Source: an uncultured Verrucomicrobiae bacterium (lineage in GTDB: Bacteria; Verrucomicrobiota; Verrucomicrobiia; Chthoniobacterales; Chthoniobacteraceae). From it: a stretch of 64,000 bases of DNA. The notes under the pieces were generated by a model that saw only the letters and a program-made list of their open reading frames with translations, was not told the origin of the DNA and searched no databases. Shown here piece after piece: positions 47,431-57,487 of this stretch. The DNA lies in the NCBI GenBank assembly GCA_963836755.1, contig CAWIKF010000002.1, positions 512,001 through 576,000 on the forward strand. The letters run 5' to 3'. The stretch's first letter is position 1, and each line of letters begins with the position of its first letter. A program made the translations under genes and the position numbers.

Positions 47431-48750
47431 GTGTATTACAAAAATAAACAAGTTGCAGTGCTCGGTGCGGGCGAGAGCGGTGAAGCCGCAGCCCGTCTTT
47501 TAAAGGAGGAAGACGCCATGGTCACATTACTCGACAGCGCGGACTTAAAAAAACTCCGCTCGAAAATCGAAAAAATCACGCCGCTCGGCATCGCGTTCCT
47601 TGCGGGCGCGGAAGCCGAGCAGGATCCGGCTCGCTACGATCTCGGGGTCATCAGCCCGGGAATCGATCCGGCGACGCCGCTGGTGCAAAATTTTTTGCGC
47701 AAACGCATCGACATGATCGGCGAGCTCGAGCTCTCGTTTGAGCTTTGCGAGTGCCCGGTCATCGCGATCACCGGCACGAATGGGAAAACGACGACGACCG
47801 AGATGGTCGCGCGGATGTTAAACGCATGTGGAACACGGACTCTTGCGAGCGGAAACATCGGCCCCGCATTCGCGGCGACGGTGCGGAAAAGCCGCGAGCT
47901 GGATGTGATGACGCTGGAAGTCTCTTCATTCCAGCTTGAGCAAATCCGAACTTTTCGGCCGCGCGTCGCTGTCTGGCTCAATTTTACGCCGGATCATCTC
48001 GACCGTTACAAAACGCTGCAGGAATACCGCGACGCGAAGCTGCGGATTTTTGAAAACCAGACGGAGGAAGATTTCGCGATCGTGAATCTGCGCGACGAAT
48101 TGCCGCCGCTGCGCGCGCGCAAAATCACGTTCAGCGCTTATGCCAGCGGCGGCGATTTTGAATACCGCGATGGCGCGATTTTTTACCACAGCGAACCTGT
48201 GCTGCTGATGGCGGACGCGAAATTGCGCGGCCTGCACAATGTAGAAAACCTGATGGCGGCGCTCGGCGTGGGAGTGGCGCAGGGGTTGGATCTCGCGCAA
48301 ATGGCGCCGGCACTTTGCTCGTATGTGGCGCTGCCGCACCGCTGCGAACGCGTGCGGAGCATCGCTGGCGCCGAATATATCAACGACTCGAAAGCGACGA
48401 ACCTTGACGCGCTGGAAAAGGCGCTCGATTCCGAAACGCGGCCGGTGATTTTGATCGCAGGCGGCAAGGACAAAGGATTCGAGTATGGCTCGATCACCGA
48501 TCTCGTCGCGGAAAAGTGCCGCCGCGTTTTGCTCATTGGTGAAATGTCGGACCGCATCGAAAACCTGTGGCGGAGCCGCGTGCCGTGCGAAAAGGCAAGC
48601 TCGCTGCGCGATGCGGTGCTGCGCGCTAGGGCAGGCGCGGGCGAGGGCGACGTGGTGCTGTTTTCGCCCGGCACATCGTCGTTCGACATGTTCAAAAACT
48701 ACGCGGACCGCGGCAACCAATTCCGCGACATCGTCCAATCACTTCCATGA
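47431..48750 (+). CDS. murD: UDP-MurNAc-L-Ala:D-Glu ligase
   Basis: ITGTNGKTTT, EVSSFQL, DHLDRY, NDSKATN, SFDMFKNYADRG. Confidence 0.96.
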   Translation: MYYKNKQVAVLGAGESGEAAARLLKEEDAMVTLLDSADLKKLRSKIEKITPLGIAFLAGAEAEQDPARYDLGVISPGIDPATPLVQNFLRKRIDMIGELELSFELCECPVIAITGTNGKTTTTEMVARMLNACGTRTLASGNIGPAFAATVRKSRELDVMTLEVSSFQLEQIRTFRPRVAVWLNFTPDHLDRYKTLQEYRDAKLRIFENQTEEDFAIVNLRDELPPLRARKITFSAYASGGDFEYRDGAIFYHSEPVLLMADAKLRGLHNVENLMAALGVGVAQGLDLAQMAPALCSYVALPHRCERVRSIAGAEYINDSKATNLDALEKALDSETRPVILIAGGKDKGFEYGSITDLVAEKCRRVLLIGEMSDRIENLWRSRVPCEKASSLRDAVLRARAGAGEGDVVLFSPGTSSFDMFKNYADRGNQFRDIVQSLP

Positions 48751-49430
48751 AGATTCCGCAACTTTTTCAAAAAAAGAAATACCAAGCCGCGACCGCAGCA
48801 GCCGCGCGTCGGGCGACGCCGGACAATGTGGACGAGCCGAACATCAAACTTTCCAACGCTGTGATTGTGGTCGTGGCGCTGCATCTCGTCGCGGTCGGCG
48901 GGATTTACGCGTTCACGAGCATCAAGGCGCATCAGCCGGCGGATCCAGATGTCACGACTCCCGAGGTCACGCGCGCGCATTCGGAAGGCGACGCCGATGA
49001 CAGCGGCGGAACTTTGACGCCAGTCGCAAACGCGAACGTGAACGCGCCGAAAATTCATCGCGTGAAAACAGGCGAAACGCTTTCAAAAATCGCAGCGACA
49101 AATGGCTTGAGTGTCGAAGAACTCGCAAGCGCGAACGGCTTGAAAAGCGCGAGCTCATTGCATGCGGGACAGGAAATCAAAATTCCCACGAAGCAAGCAG
49201 CCAAGCCGATTCCAGCCGCTTCGCACAATCTCACCGAGGGGAAGCAGACCACGCATGGCCCGAAAGATTCCGGCGAATTCTACACAGTGGCGAAGGGCGA
49301 CAACCCGGTCGCGATCGCGCGCAAACTTCACGTCAGCTATGACGATCTTTTAAAGCTCAATAAAATCGAAGACCCGAAAAAACTGCAAATCGGCCAGCGC
49401 CTTCACGTGCCGGTCAAACTACCAAAATGA
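48747..49430 (+). CDS. Membrane-anchored protein with two LysM domains
   Basis: One TM; HRVKTGETLSKIA...LHAGQEIKIP and YTVAKGDNPVAIA...LQIGQRLHVP. Confidence 0.9.
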   Translation: MKIPQLFQKKKYQAATAAAARRATPDNVDEPNIKLSNAVIVVVALHLVAVGGIYAFTSIKAHQPADPDVTTPEVTRAHSEGDADDSGGTLTPVANANVNAPKIHRVKTGETLSKIAATNGLSVEELASANGLKSASSLHAGQEIKIPTKQAAKPIPAASHNLTEGKQTTHGPKDSGEFYTVAKGDNPVAIARKLHVSYDDLLKLNKIEDPKKLQIGQRLHVPVKLPK

Positions 49431-49603
49431 TCCTGCAAAATAACGACAACCATTACGAAAACAGACGCGACCAATCAGCGCTTCAAACTCCGGCGCCGCC
49501 GCCGCGCCGCGCGAATCATCAGTCCACGGGAATGATGCGTGCCGCGGTCGATGCATGCGCGGAAGCGTTGATCCAGGCGATGGTGAACGCACGGAATTTC
49601 TAG
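49427..49603 (+). CDS. Small hypothetical protein (58 aa) between the LysM gene and ftsW
   Basis: My translation, too short for the ORF track. ATGA overlap with the LysM stop; its TAG directly abuts the ftsW ATG. Confidence 0.5.
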   Translation: MILQNNDNHYENRRDQSALQTPAPPPRRANHQSTGMMRAAVDACAEALIQAMVNARNF

Positions 49604-50746
49604 ATGCATCGGAAGAGCGTTTACGTTCTCGTCATCGCCGTGGCGGCGATGATCGTGCTCGGGATCGTGATGCTTTTCAGCACGAGCGCGTTCGCGCAGG
49701 ACAGCCACGGCGACGCGAATTATTTCGTGAAGCGGCAGTTGATGTGGCTCTCCGTGGGCGTGCTTGCGTGCATCGTCGCATCGTGCATCGACTATCATTT
49801 TTGGCAGCGCACGTGGTGGCTGTGGCTCGCGGGATCGGCAGTGCTGCTGGCGCTTTGCTTCGTCCCGCACATCGGCATGAAAATCAATGGCGCGCGCCGC
49901 TGGGTAAACTTTCGCGTCATTACTTTTCAACCATCCGATTTCGCAAAAATCGCCGTCATTGCCTTCCTTGCGTATTGGTTTTCAAAGCACGAGAGCGATG
50001 CCGGAAAATTCTGGAAAGGCTTCCTGCTCCCGATGCTCATCGTCGGCGTGCTGATGGCTGAGATCGCACGCGAGATCGACATGGGGACGACCGCGCTGAT
50101 CGGCGGCACGATGTTCGTCATGATGTTCGTCGCGGGCAGCGGTCTGCGATTCATCGCGCCACTCGCGGCGTGCGGCATCGGCGGCACGCTTTATCTCGGT
50201 TTTCACATGAAAGATCGGCTCGGCCGCATGCTCGCTTTTTTGGATCTTGAAAAATACAAGGAAACCTACGGCTTGCAGCAATGGCAGGCGCTGATCGCGT
50301 TTGGCTCCGGCGGTGTCGACGGGCTCGGGCTCGGCAACGGCCGCGAGAAAATGTCCTATCTCCCGTTCGCGCACACCGATTTTATTTTTCCGATGATCGG
50401 CGAGGAGCTCGGGCTGCGTTGCACGCTGCTCGTCGTTTTCGGTTACCTGCTGATTATTTTGAGCGGCACTGTCATCGCAGTGCAATCGCGCGATCGCTTC
50501 GGAATGTTGTTTGGTTTTGGCATCATCGTGATGCTCGCGCTCCAGGCCGCGCTGAACATCGGCGTCACCACATCGCTGCTGCCGAACAAAGGTTTGCCGC
50601 TGCCGTTCATCAGCTACGGCGGATCGAATCTCGTCTTCTGCCTGCTCGGCATCGGCATCCTCATTAATATTTACCGCCAGGGCATCGCCGACCGCCCCGA
50701 CATGGCGAGCGTGCGGTTGCGTGCCCGCGTCACGCCGCGCATCTAA
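49604..50746 (+). CDS. ftsW: SEDS peptidoglycan polymerase FtsW
   Basis: NGARRW, FQPSDFAK, AHTDFIF, LPNKGLPLPFISYGGS. Confidence 0.95.
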   Translation: MHRKSVYVLVIAVAAMIVLGIVMLFSTSAFAQDSHGDANYFVKRQLMWLSVGVLACIVASCIDYHFWQRTWWLWLAGSAVLLALCFVPHIGMKINGARRWVNFRVITFQPSDFAKIAVIAFLAYWFSKHESDAGKFWKGFLLPMLIVGVLMAEIAREIDMGTTALIGGTMFVMMFVAGSGLRFIAPLAACGIGGTLYLGFHMKDRLGRMLAFLDLEKYKETYGLQQWQALIAFGSGGVDGLGLGNGREKMSYLPFAHTDFIFPMIGEELGLRCTLLVVFGYLLIILSGTVIAVQSRDRFGMLFGFGIIVMLALQAALNIGVTTSLLPNKGLPLPFISYGGSNLVFCLLGIGILINIYRQGIADRPDMASVRLRARVTPRI

Positions 50747-51859
50747 ATGAAAGTCGCGATCGCAGGAGGAGGCACGGGCGGGCATTTATTTCCGGCGCTC
50801 GCGGTCGCGGAAGTGCTGCTCGCGCGTGGACACGAGGCGCTGATTTTCATCTCGGAAAAAGATATCGACGCACTCGCGACGCAGGATCGAACGGAATTTC
50901 GCTTCGAAAAATTGCCAATGATCGGCATGCCGAAATTGTTGTCTCCGGCGATTTTCGGATTTCTAAAACGCTTCAACGACGGCCTCGCGCCAGTGCGCGC
51001 GATTTACAAAAGGTTCCAGCCCGACGCCGTGCTCGGCATGGGCGGGTTTACTTCCACCGCGCCGATTCTCGGCGGACGCTTGCGCAAAATTCCGACCTTC
51101 GTGCACGAGTCGAATGCCATTCCGGGCAAGGCGAACAAAGTGAACGCGCGGATGACTGATGCGGTGCTGCTCGGCTTTGAAGATTGCGCGAAATTTTTTT
51201 TGCGGAGCCGTTGCGAAGTGACCGGCACACCGATCCGGAAAAGTCTCATGCGGCGCGCACCAAAATTGGATGCGCTGAGCGCGTTCGGCCTCGAAAATAA
51301 TCGCAAAACTTTGTTGGTAATGGGCGGCAGCCAGGGCGCACATGGCATCAACGAAGCGCTCATCAAGGCGTTGTCGCTGCTCAAAGATTTGCCGCTGCAA
51401 ATGATTCATCTCACCGGCGCGCGCGACGAGCAGCTCACGGCGGCGAATTATCGCCGCGAAAATATTCCCGCGCACGTCGCGGCATTTTGCCATCGCATGG
51501 AGGAAGCTTACAGCGCGGCCGATCTCGCGGTTTCGCGCTCCGGCGCCGCGAGCCTCTCGGAGCTATCGCATTTCGGCCTGCCGTCGCTGCTCATTCCATA
51601 TCCGCACGCTGCGGAAAATCATCAGGCAATCAATGCGGAAATTTTCGACCGCGCAAATGCTGCGGTTGTGCTCGAGGAATCGGCGATCACACCCGAAATT
51701 TTGGCCGAAAAAATACGCGACCTCGTCGAAAATCCCGCGCGTTTGCAAACGATGTCGGAGCGCGTCCGCACTCTCGCGCCGACCGATGCCGCGGCTGCGG
51801 TGGTCGATTTTATCGAGCACGCAGTGAATGCAAAAAAAGTTGCTTCCGGAAAAAAGTAA
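50747..51859 (+). CDS. murG: Lipid II GlcNAc transferase
   Basis: GGGTGGHLFP, HESNAIPG, GGSQGA, SRSGA, HQAINA. Confidence 0.96.
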   Translation: MKVAIAGGGTGGHLFPALAVAEVLLARGHEALIFISEKDIDALATQDRTEFRFEKLPMIGMPKLLSPAIFGFLKRFNDGLAPVRAIYKRFQPDAVLGMGGFTSTAPILGGRLRKIPTFVHESNAIPGKANKVNARMTDAVLLGFEDCAKFFLRSRCEVTGTPIRKSLMRRAPKLDALSAFGLENNRKTLLVMGGSQGAHGINEALIKALSLLKDLPLQMIHLTGARDEQLTAANYRRENIPAHVAAFCHRMEEAYSAADLAVSRSGAASLSELSHFGLPSLLIPYPHAAENHQAINAEIFDRANAAVVLEESAITPEILAEKIRDLVENPARLQTMSERVRTLAPTDAAAAVVDFIEHAVNAKKVASGKK

Positions 51860-51920
51860 CGTCCTCCGCGAGTTTCATTTTTTAAAAATTTTCACCTTTG
51901 TTATTGTGTCGCTTTTAGCC

Positions 51921-54239
51921 GTGCCAGCTCCCGAAAATCCCGTCATGGACACCGGGCAAATCCTTGCCGACATCTTGTGTGCAGGCGAATTGCGCATTCA
52001 TCTCATCGGCGTCGCCGGATCAGGAATGAGCGGCATTGCCGGCCTGCTCCTCGCGCTCGGGCATCACGTGAGCGGCTCCGATAAAGTGACGACCGTGGAA
52101 ATCGCGCGGCTGCAAAAACTCGGCTTGCAATTTTCGTGTCCTCACACCGCGACCGCTGTCGCCGATGCCGATCTCGTCATTTTTTCCTCGGCGATAAAAT
52201 CGGGAAATGTCGCTTACGATGAAGCGCAGCGGCTCGGCAAAATGATGGCGCGCCGCGCCGATGCGCTGGCGGCAGTGATGAATTGTAAAAAGGGAATCGT
52301 GGTCGCTGGCATGCATGGAAAAACGACCACTTCCTCGATGGCTGCGCACGTTCTGCGCGTCGGTGGATTGCAGCCGTCGCATTATGTCGGGGCCGAAATT
52401 CCGATCCTCGGCACGAACGCAAACTGGGATGGCGACGGCGAATACTTCGTGGCCGAGGGCGATGAAAGCGATGGAACGATCGCGCTTTATCATCCCGAGC
52501 ATTCGATCATTTTGAACATCGAGGAAGAGCATCTCGACTACTACGAAAACCTTGGCGCGATTGAATCGGTTTTCCGGCAATTGATCGAGCAGACGCGCGG
52601 AAATATCTTTTACTGCGCTGACGATGAAAACGCGACGCGCCTTTGTTCATCGGCATCACAAGGCATTTCATTCGGCGAGAGCCAGGCTGCCGATTATCGA
52701 TTCCAGGTGGTTCTTTCGCGCTCGTTTCGCTCGCAGTTCAAAGTTTTCCATCGCGGAAAATGGCTGGGCGATTTCACGCTGAACGTTCCTGGCCGGCACA
52801 ATGTTTCCAATGCAACTGGCGTCATCGCGCTCGCGACGGAGCTTGGTGTGAGCCCGGAAAAAATTGCGGAGGCGTTCGAGAATTTTCGCGGCGCAAAGCG
52901 ACGTTTTGAAATGAAATATCGCAGCGACAACTTCATGGTGGTGGACGATTACGGCCATCATCCCAGCGAGATCGCCGTGACGCTCGCGACGGCGCGCGCG
53001 GTGGGAAGCAAGCGCATCTTCGTCATGTTTCAGCCGCACCGTTTTTCGCGCACACAGGCGTTGGCCGAAGAATTTGGCCGCGCGTTTGAAAACGCCGATC
53101 GGGTTTTTGTCGCGGACATTTATGCGGCCAGCGAAAAACCGATCGCCGGCGTGAGCGGACAAACCATCGTCGATGCAATGGCGCGCACTGGTCACGTTGG
53201 CGGCGGATTCATCGCGGATCGGAAAAAAATTCCGTTCGCGGTCGGGCCGTTGTTGCAGTCGGGCGATTTGATTTTGAGCCTTGGCGCAGGCGACATCCAT
53301 GAGCAGGGAACGCAACTCGCGCACGATCTCGCGCGACTCGAGGAACTCCAAGGCGTGATGGGCGGCGGCGTCGCTCGCCTTTACGAGCCGCTCTCAAAGC
53401 ACACGACGCTGAGAGTCGGCGGTCCGGCGCAATACTGGCTCGAGCCGGAGAGCGAACGCGGCTTTGCGCAGCTTGTTAAACACTGCTTCACAAACCAAAT
53501 TCCGCTGTTCGTGCTCGGCCGCGGATCAAACTTGCTCGTGCGCGACGGCGGCATGCGTGGCGTGGTCGCGCATCTCGCGCGCGGAGAATTCAAAAACCTC
53601 GAAGTCTCGGGAAACCGCATCACTGCTGGCGTCGGAGTGAAATTGAAAGAAGTTGCCTATGCGGCGCGGGACGCCGAAATTGGCGGGTTCGAATGGATGG
53701 AAGGCATTCCCGGAAATGTCGGCGGCGGCCTTCGGATGAACGCGGGCGCGATGGGCGGAGAGACGTTTGACGATGTGGTGAGCGTGCGCTTTGTCGATCA
53801 AAACGGCGAGTTTCATACCAAAGCGACAGCGGAGCTGGATGTTCAATACCGGCACGTTTCTTCGCTCCAGAAAAACTTTGCAGTCTCCGCTACATTTGAG
53901 GGCCGAAAATCTGAGCGAGCGTTAATCGAAAAGCGGCTTGACGAATCCATGTTGAAGCGGCGCGCGACGCAGCCGAAGGAATCGAGCGCTGGCTGCATTT
54001 TCAAAAATCCAAAAACGATTCCGGCGGGAAAGCTTGTGGATGAACTCGGCTTGAAAAATACGAATATTGGCGCCGCGCGAGTTTCGGAAATTCACGGGAA
54101 TTTTATCGTGAACGATGGCGGCGCGTCCGCGAACGAGGTGCTGGCGTTGATTGAAAAAATAAAAGCGGCAGCGCGTGAGCAGCGCGGAATCGAGTTGGAA
54201 ACCGAAGTCCAAATTATCGGCGAGGAGCAGTGGTCATGA
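51921..54239 (+). CDS. murC-murB: MurC-MurB fusion protein
   Basis: MurC: IGVAGSGMSG, HGKTTT, EGDESD, DDYGHHP, FQPHR. MurB: HTTLRVGGPA, GIPGNVGG, MNAGA, SAGCIFKNP, HGNFIVN. Start at 51921 (GTG) or 51945. Confidence 0.95.
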   Translation: MPAPENPVMDTGQILADILCAGELRIHLIGVAGSGMSGIAGLLLALGHHVSGSDKVTTVEIARLQKLGLQFSCPHTATAVADADLVIFSSAIKSGNVAYDEAQRLGKMMARRADALAAVMNCKKGIVVAGMHGKTTTSSMAAHVLRVGGLQPSHYVGAEIPILGTNANWDGDGEYFVAEGDESDGTIALYHPEHSIILNIEEEHLDYYENLGAIESVFRQLIEQTRGNIFYCADDENATRLCSSASQGISFGESQAADYRFQVVLSRSFRSQFKVFHRGKWLGDFTLNVPGRHNVSNATGVIALATELGVSPEKIAEAFENFRGAKRRFEMKYRSDNFMVVDDYGHHPSEIAVTLATARAVGSKRIFVMFQPHRFSRTQALAEEFGRAFENADRVFVADIYAASEKPIAGVSGQTIVDAMARTGHVGGGFIADRKKIPFAVGPLLQSGDLILSLGAGDIHEQGTQLAHDLARLEELQGVMGGGVARLYEPLSKHTTLRVGGPAQYWLEPESERGFAQLVKHCFTNQIPLFVLGRGSNLLVRDGGMRGVVAHLARGEFKNLEVSGNRITAGVGVKLKEVAYAARDAEIGGFEWMEGIPGNVGGGLRMNAGAMGGETFDDVVSVRFVDQNGEFHTKATAELDVQYRHVSSLQKNFAVSATFEGRKSERALIEKRLDESMLKRRATQPKESSAGCIFKNPKTIPAGKLVDELGLKNTNIGAARVSEIHGNFIVNDGGASANEVLALIEKIKAAAREQRGIELETEVQIIGEEQWS

Positions 54240-55159
54240 GCCTTTCCGGAAAACGCGTAGTGCTTTTAAAAGGTGGCCCCGGCTCCGAGCGCGATGTTTC
54301 GCTTGCATCGGGAGCTGGCGTCGCGAAAGCGTTGCGCGGACGCGGCGCCGAGGTAGTTGAGGTCGATGTCCGCGAGCGAAATTTCTCGCTGCCGGATGAG
54401 TTCGACATTGTGTTCAACATTATCCACGGGACGTTTGGCGAGGATGGGGAATTGCAGCGGATACTCGATGCGCGCGGCGCGGTTTACACCGGCGAAGGCG
54501 AGGAGGGAAGCCGCCTCGCCTTCGACAAAATTCTCACGAAAAAACGGTTTGTTGAATATGGTGTTTCGACTGCGGAATTTGAGGTGATTCACGTCGGCTC
54601 GCAGCCACAAATGGCGCTTCCATTCGTGTTGAAGGCGCCGCGACAGGGATCGAGCGTGGGTGTTTCAATTGTTAAAAAACCCGAACAGCTCGAGGCGGCG
54701 TTGCGTGACGTGGCGCAATACGACGAGACGCTGCTGGTGGAAAAATTTCTGACGGGCAAAGAGTTGACCGTTGGCGTTCTCGGCGACGAGGCGCTGCCGA
54801 TCATTGAGATTTTGCCGCAGAAGGATTTTTACAATTTCAAAAACAAGTATCCGTTTTTGAATCCGGGCGCGGGCGGTGGCGCGACGCATCTTTGCCCGGC
54901 GCCGCTCGATGAGGCGACGACGAAGCGCGTGCAGAAAATCGCGCTCGCGGCGCATCGCGCGCTCGGGCTGGAAGTTTATTCGCGCGTCGATTTTGTGCTT
55001 GGCGAAGATGGCGCGGCGTTTGTGCTCGAGATCAACACGATCCCAGGCATGACCGAGGCGAGCTTGTTGCCGGAAGCAGCAGCGGCGGCGGGCATCGGTT
55101 ACGGCGAATTGTGCGAGCGGATCATCGAGCTGTCGCTTGCGAAAAGGAGGCCGCGTTGA
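54236..55159 (+). CDS. ddl: D-Ala-D-Ala ligase
   Basis: GGPGSERDVS, HGTFGEDG, GSSVG, KNKY, EINTIPGMT. Confidence 0.96.
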   Translation: MSLSGKRVVLLKGGPGSERDVSLASGAGVAKALRGRGAEVVEVDVRERNFSLPDEFDIVFNIIHGTFGEDGELQRILDARGAVYTGEGEEGSRLAFDKILTKKRFVEYGVSTAEFEVIHVGSQPQMALPFVLKAPRQGSSVGVSIVKKPEQLEAALRDVAQYDETLLVEKFLTGKELTVGVLGDEALPIIEILPQKDFYNFKNKYPFLNPGAGGGATHLCPAPLDEATTKRVQKIALAAHRALGLEVYSRVDFVLGEDGAAFVLEINTIPGMTEASLLPEAAAAAGIGYGELCERIIELSLAKRRPR

Positions 55160-56244
55160 AAGCACGAGCCACTGTCGGAAATCAGCGCGCATCCTCACGC
55201 AAGCAGCGCAAGCAGCAGCATTTGCTCGACGTCAAAGTTCGTTCGCGCAAGGCGGCGCAGCAGCGCAATCGGCGCGCCGTGGTCTGGTTCTGCTGGCTGG
55301 TGCTCGTCGCGGGCGTCATTGGCGGAGCGGCAGTCGGCGCGCGCGAAGGACTGAGGCGATTTTTTTGGCAAAACCCGGATTACAATTTGGCTGAAATTGA
55401 AATCAAAGACGACGGCCCGCTGGCGCGCGAGCAAGTGCTGGCCGCAACGGGATTGCGCGAAGGCGTGAATATTTTCTCCATCGACATCGCGCAAATGCGC
55501 GCTTCGCTGATGGCGATGCCGCAGGTGGAGCATGCCGAAGTCGAGCGCGTGCTGCCGGGCAAAATCACGATCGACATCTCCGAGCGCAAACCGGTGGCGT
55601 GGGTCGCCGCGCGAAATCATGAAGATCCGACGACGGATCGGAAGTCGTTCCTGGTCGATCGCAAGGGCGTGCTGATGCGCACGGGGAGCAACGTGACGGA
55701 GTATTTTCACCTGCCGGTGATTCACGGATTGCCGACGGATAATTTTGACCCGGGCGAGACTGTCGGCACACCGGAGATGAAGGCAGCGCTCGACCTGATC
55801 CGGCTGACCGCAGAGAATCCGGCGCGTTTTCAGGTGTATAGCATTGATTTATCACTTGGTTATTGCATGGTTGTCACCGATCAACGGCGGTCGCGAATCA
55901 CTTTTGGGCTCGAGCATGTGGATGCGCAGCTTGAGCGGCTCAATGTTTTACTCGATTACATCGAAAAAAATGGGCGCGAAATTCAGACGGCGAATCTGCT
56001 GGTGCAGCGGAATGTGCCGGTGACTTTTGCGCAACAGCCAGATCCAAATGCGGCGATCGATGAAGCGGATGCGACGCCCACGCCGTCGCCCATTGCGACT
56101 CCATCCGAGCATGTGAAAAAGCCACTTGCAAAATCTTCCGCAACGCCGAAAGCGAATCACGCTAAAAAGAAAACTTCGGCTCCCACTCCGGTGCGCAGGG
56201 CGCTGCCGGTGGAGTCGCACAGGACATCGCGCAGCAATGGGTAA
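55156..56244 (+). CDS. ftsQ: Cell division protein FtsQ/DivIB
   Basis: Basic N-terminal tail, TM, POTRA (VERVLPGKITIDISERKPVA); sits between ddl and ftsA. Confidence 0.88.
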   Translation: MKARATVGNQRASSRKQRKQQHLLDVKVRSRKAAQQRNRRAVVWFCWLVLVAGVIGGAAVGAREGLRRFFWQNPDYNLAEIEIKDDGPLAREQVLAATGLREGVNIFSIDIAQMRASLMAMPQVEHAEVERVLPGKITIDISERKPVAWVAARNHEDPTTDRKSFLVDRKGVLMRTGSNVTEYFHLPVIHGLPTDNFDPGETVGTPEMKAALDLIRLTAENPARFQVYSIDLSLGYCMVVTDQRRSRITFGLEHVDAQLERLNVLLDYIEKNGREIQTANLLVQRNVPVTFAQQPDPNAAIDEADATPTPSPIATPSEHVKKPLAKSSATPKANHAKKKTSAPTPVRRALPVESHRTSRSNG

Positions 56245-57451
56245 AGATTCCATCATCGTCGGACTCGAGATCGGCACGTCGAAAATTTGCGTGGTCGTCG
56301 GCGAATCGAAACCCGACGGCTCGATCAAAATTCTTGGCGTCGGCCTCGCGCCATCGCGCGGTGTCCGCAAAGGCGAAATCGTCGATTTTGAAACGGCGCA
56401 AAAATGCGTGCACGAGGCACTGGTCGATGCGGAAGAAAAAAGCGACGTGATGATTCAAAGCGTGTTTGTCGGCATCACCGGATCGCACATCGGCAGCTTC
56501 AATAATCGCGGCGTCGTGCAGGTGCCCGAAGACCAGGAGGAGATCATGGACTTTGATTGCGAGAACGTTCGCGGGGCGGCGCGCGAGGTCAGCATTCCGT
56601 CGCAGAACGCATTCATCCATTCGATTTTGCAGCATTATTATGTCGATGGTCAGGACGGCGTGCTCAGCCCGGTCGGCATGATCGGCTCCAAGCTCGAAGC
56701 CGATTTTCATATCATTCACGGCATCGGCAATCGGATCAAAAATACAATCCGCTGCGTGCGCGAAATTCCGCTTGAGGTCGAGGATGTCGTGTTCAATCCG
56801 CTCGCTGCGGCGCAGGTGGTTTTAAATCAAAATCACAAAAATCTCGGCGCGCTCGTCGTGGACATTGGCGGCGGCACGGCTGACTTTTTGGTCTACGTCG
56901 ATGGCGCGGTAAAACAAAGCGGCGTCCTCGCGATCGGCGGCGATCACATCACGAACGACATCTCAATGGGCCTGCGCATCCCAATGGCGCGCGCGGAAAA
57001 ATTGAAGGTCGAGGAGGGAAGCGTGATCCTCGGCAATTCACTGCCTGGCGAGACAATTTCGCTGAAAGACGACCACGGATTTGCCGGCAAGGAAATCGAG
57101 CGCGAGACGCTCAACACGATCATTCATCTGCGCGTGCGCGAGCTTTTTGAACTGCTGAAACGCACGCTGCTCCAGCACGAAAATTACCTCGATTATCTCG
57201 GCGCCGGCGTCTTCCTCACCGGCGGCACGAGCCAGCTCAAAGGCATCGACCACCTGGTCGGCGAGCTTTTTGAATTGCCCGTGCACATCACGCACGCGCA
57301 GACGATGTCGGGCCTGACATCGGCGTTCGAGAACCCGCAATTTTCCACCGCCATCGGGCTCATTAAATACGCGCAAGCCGTGCAGATGGACAAGCCGTCG
57401 GGATGGCTCTCGCGCATAAAAAAAAAATTGCCGCTCTTTGGGCGGCGCTGA
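56237..57451 (+). CDS. ftsA: Cell division protein FtsA
   Basis: GLEIGTSKI, VDIGGGT, GGDHITNDI, LTGG, C-terminal amphipathic WLSRIKKKLPLF. Confidence 0.96.
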   Translation: MGKDSIIVGLEIGTSKICVVVGESKPDGSIKILGVGLAPSRGVRKGEIVDFETAQKCVHEALVDAEEKSDVMIQSVFVGITGSHIGSFNNRGVVQVPEDQEEIMDFDCENVRGAAREVSIPSQNAFIHSILQHYYVDGQDGVLSPVGMIGSKLEADFHIIHGIGNRIKNTIRCVREIPLEVEDVVFNPLAAAQVVLNQNHKNLGALVVDIGGGTADFLVYVDGAVKQSGVLAIGGDHITNDISMGLRIPMARAEKLKVEEGSVILGNSLPGETISLKDDHGFAGKEIERETLNTIIHLRVRELFELLKRTLLQHENYLDYLGAGVFLTGGTSQLKGIDHLVGELFELPVHITHAQTMSGLTSAFENPQFSTAIGLIKYAQAVQMDKPSGWLSRIKKKLPLFGRR

Positions 57452-57487
57452 CGCATTTCGTGAAACCGCGCAAACACTGAACATCCC

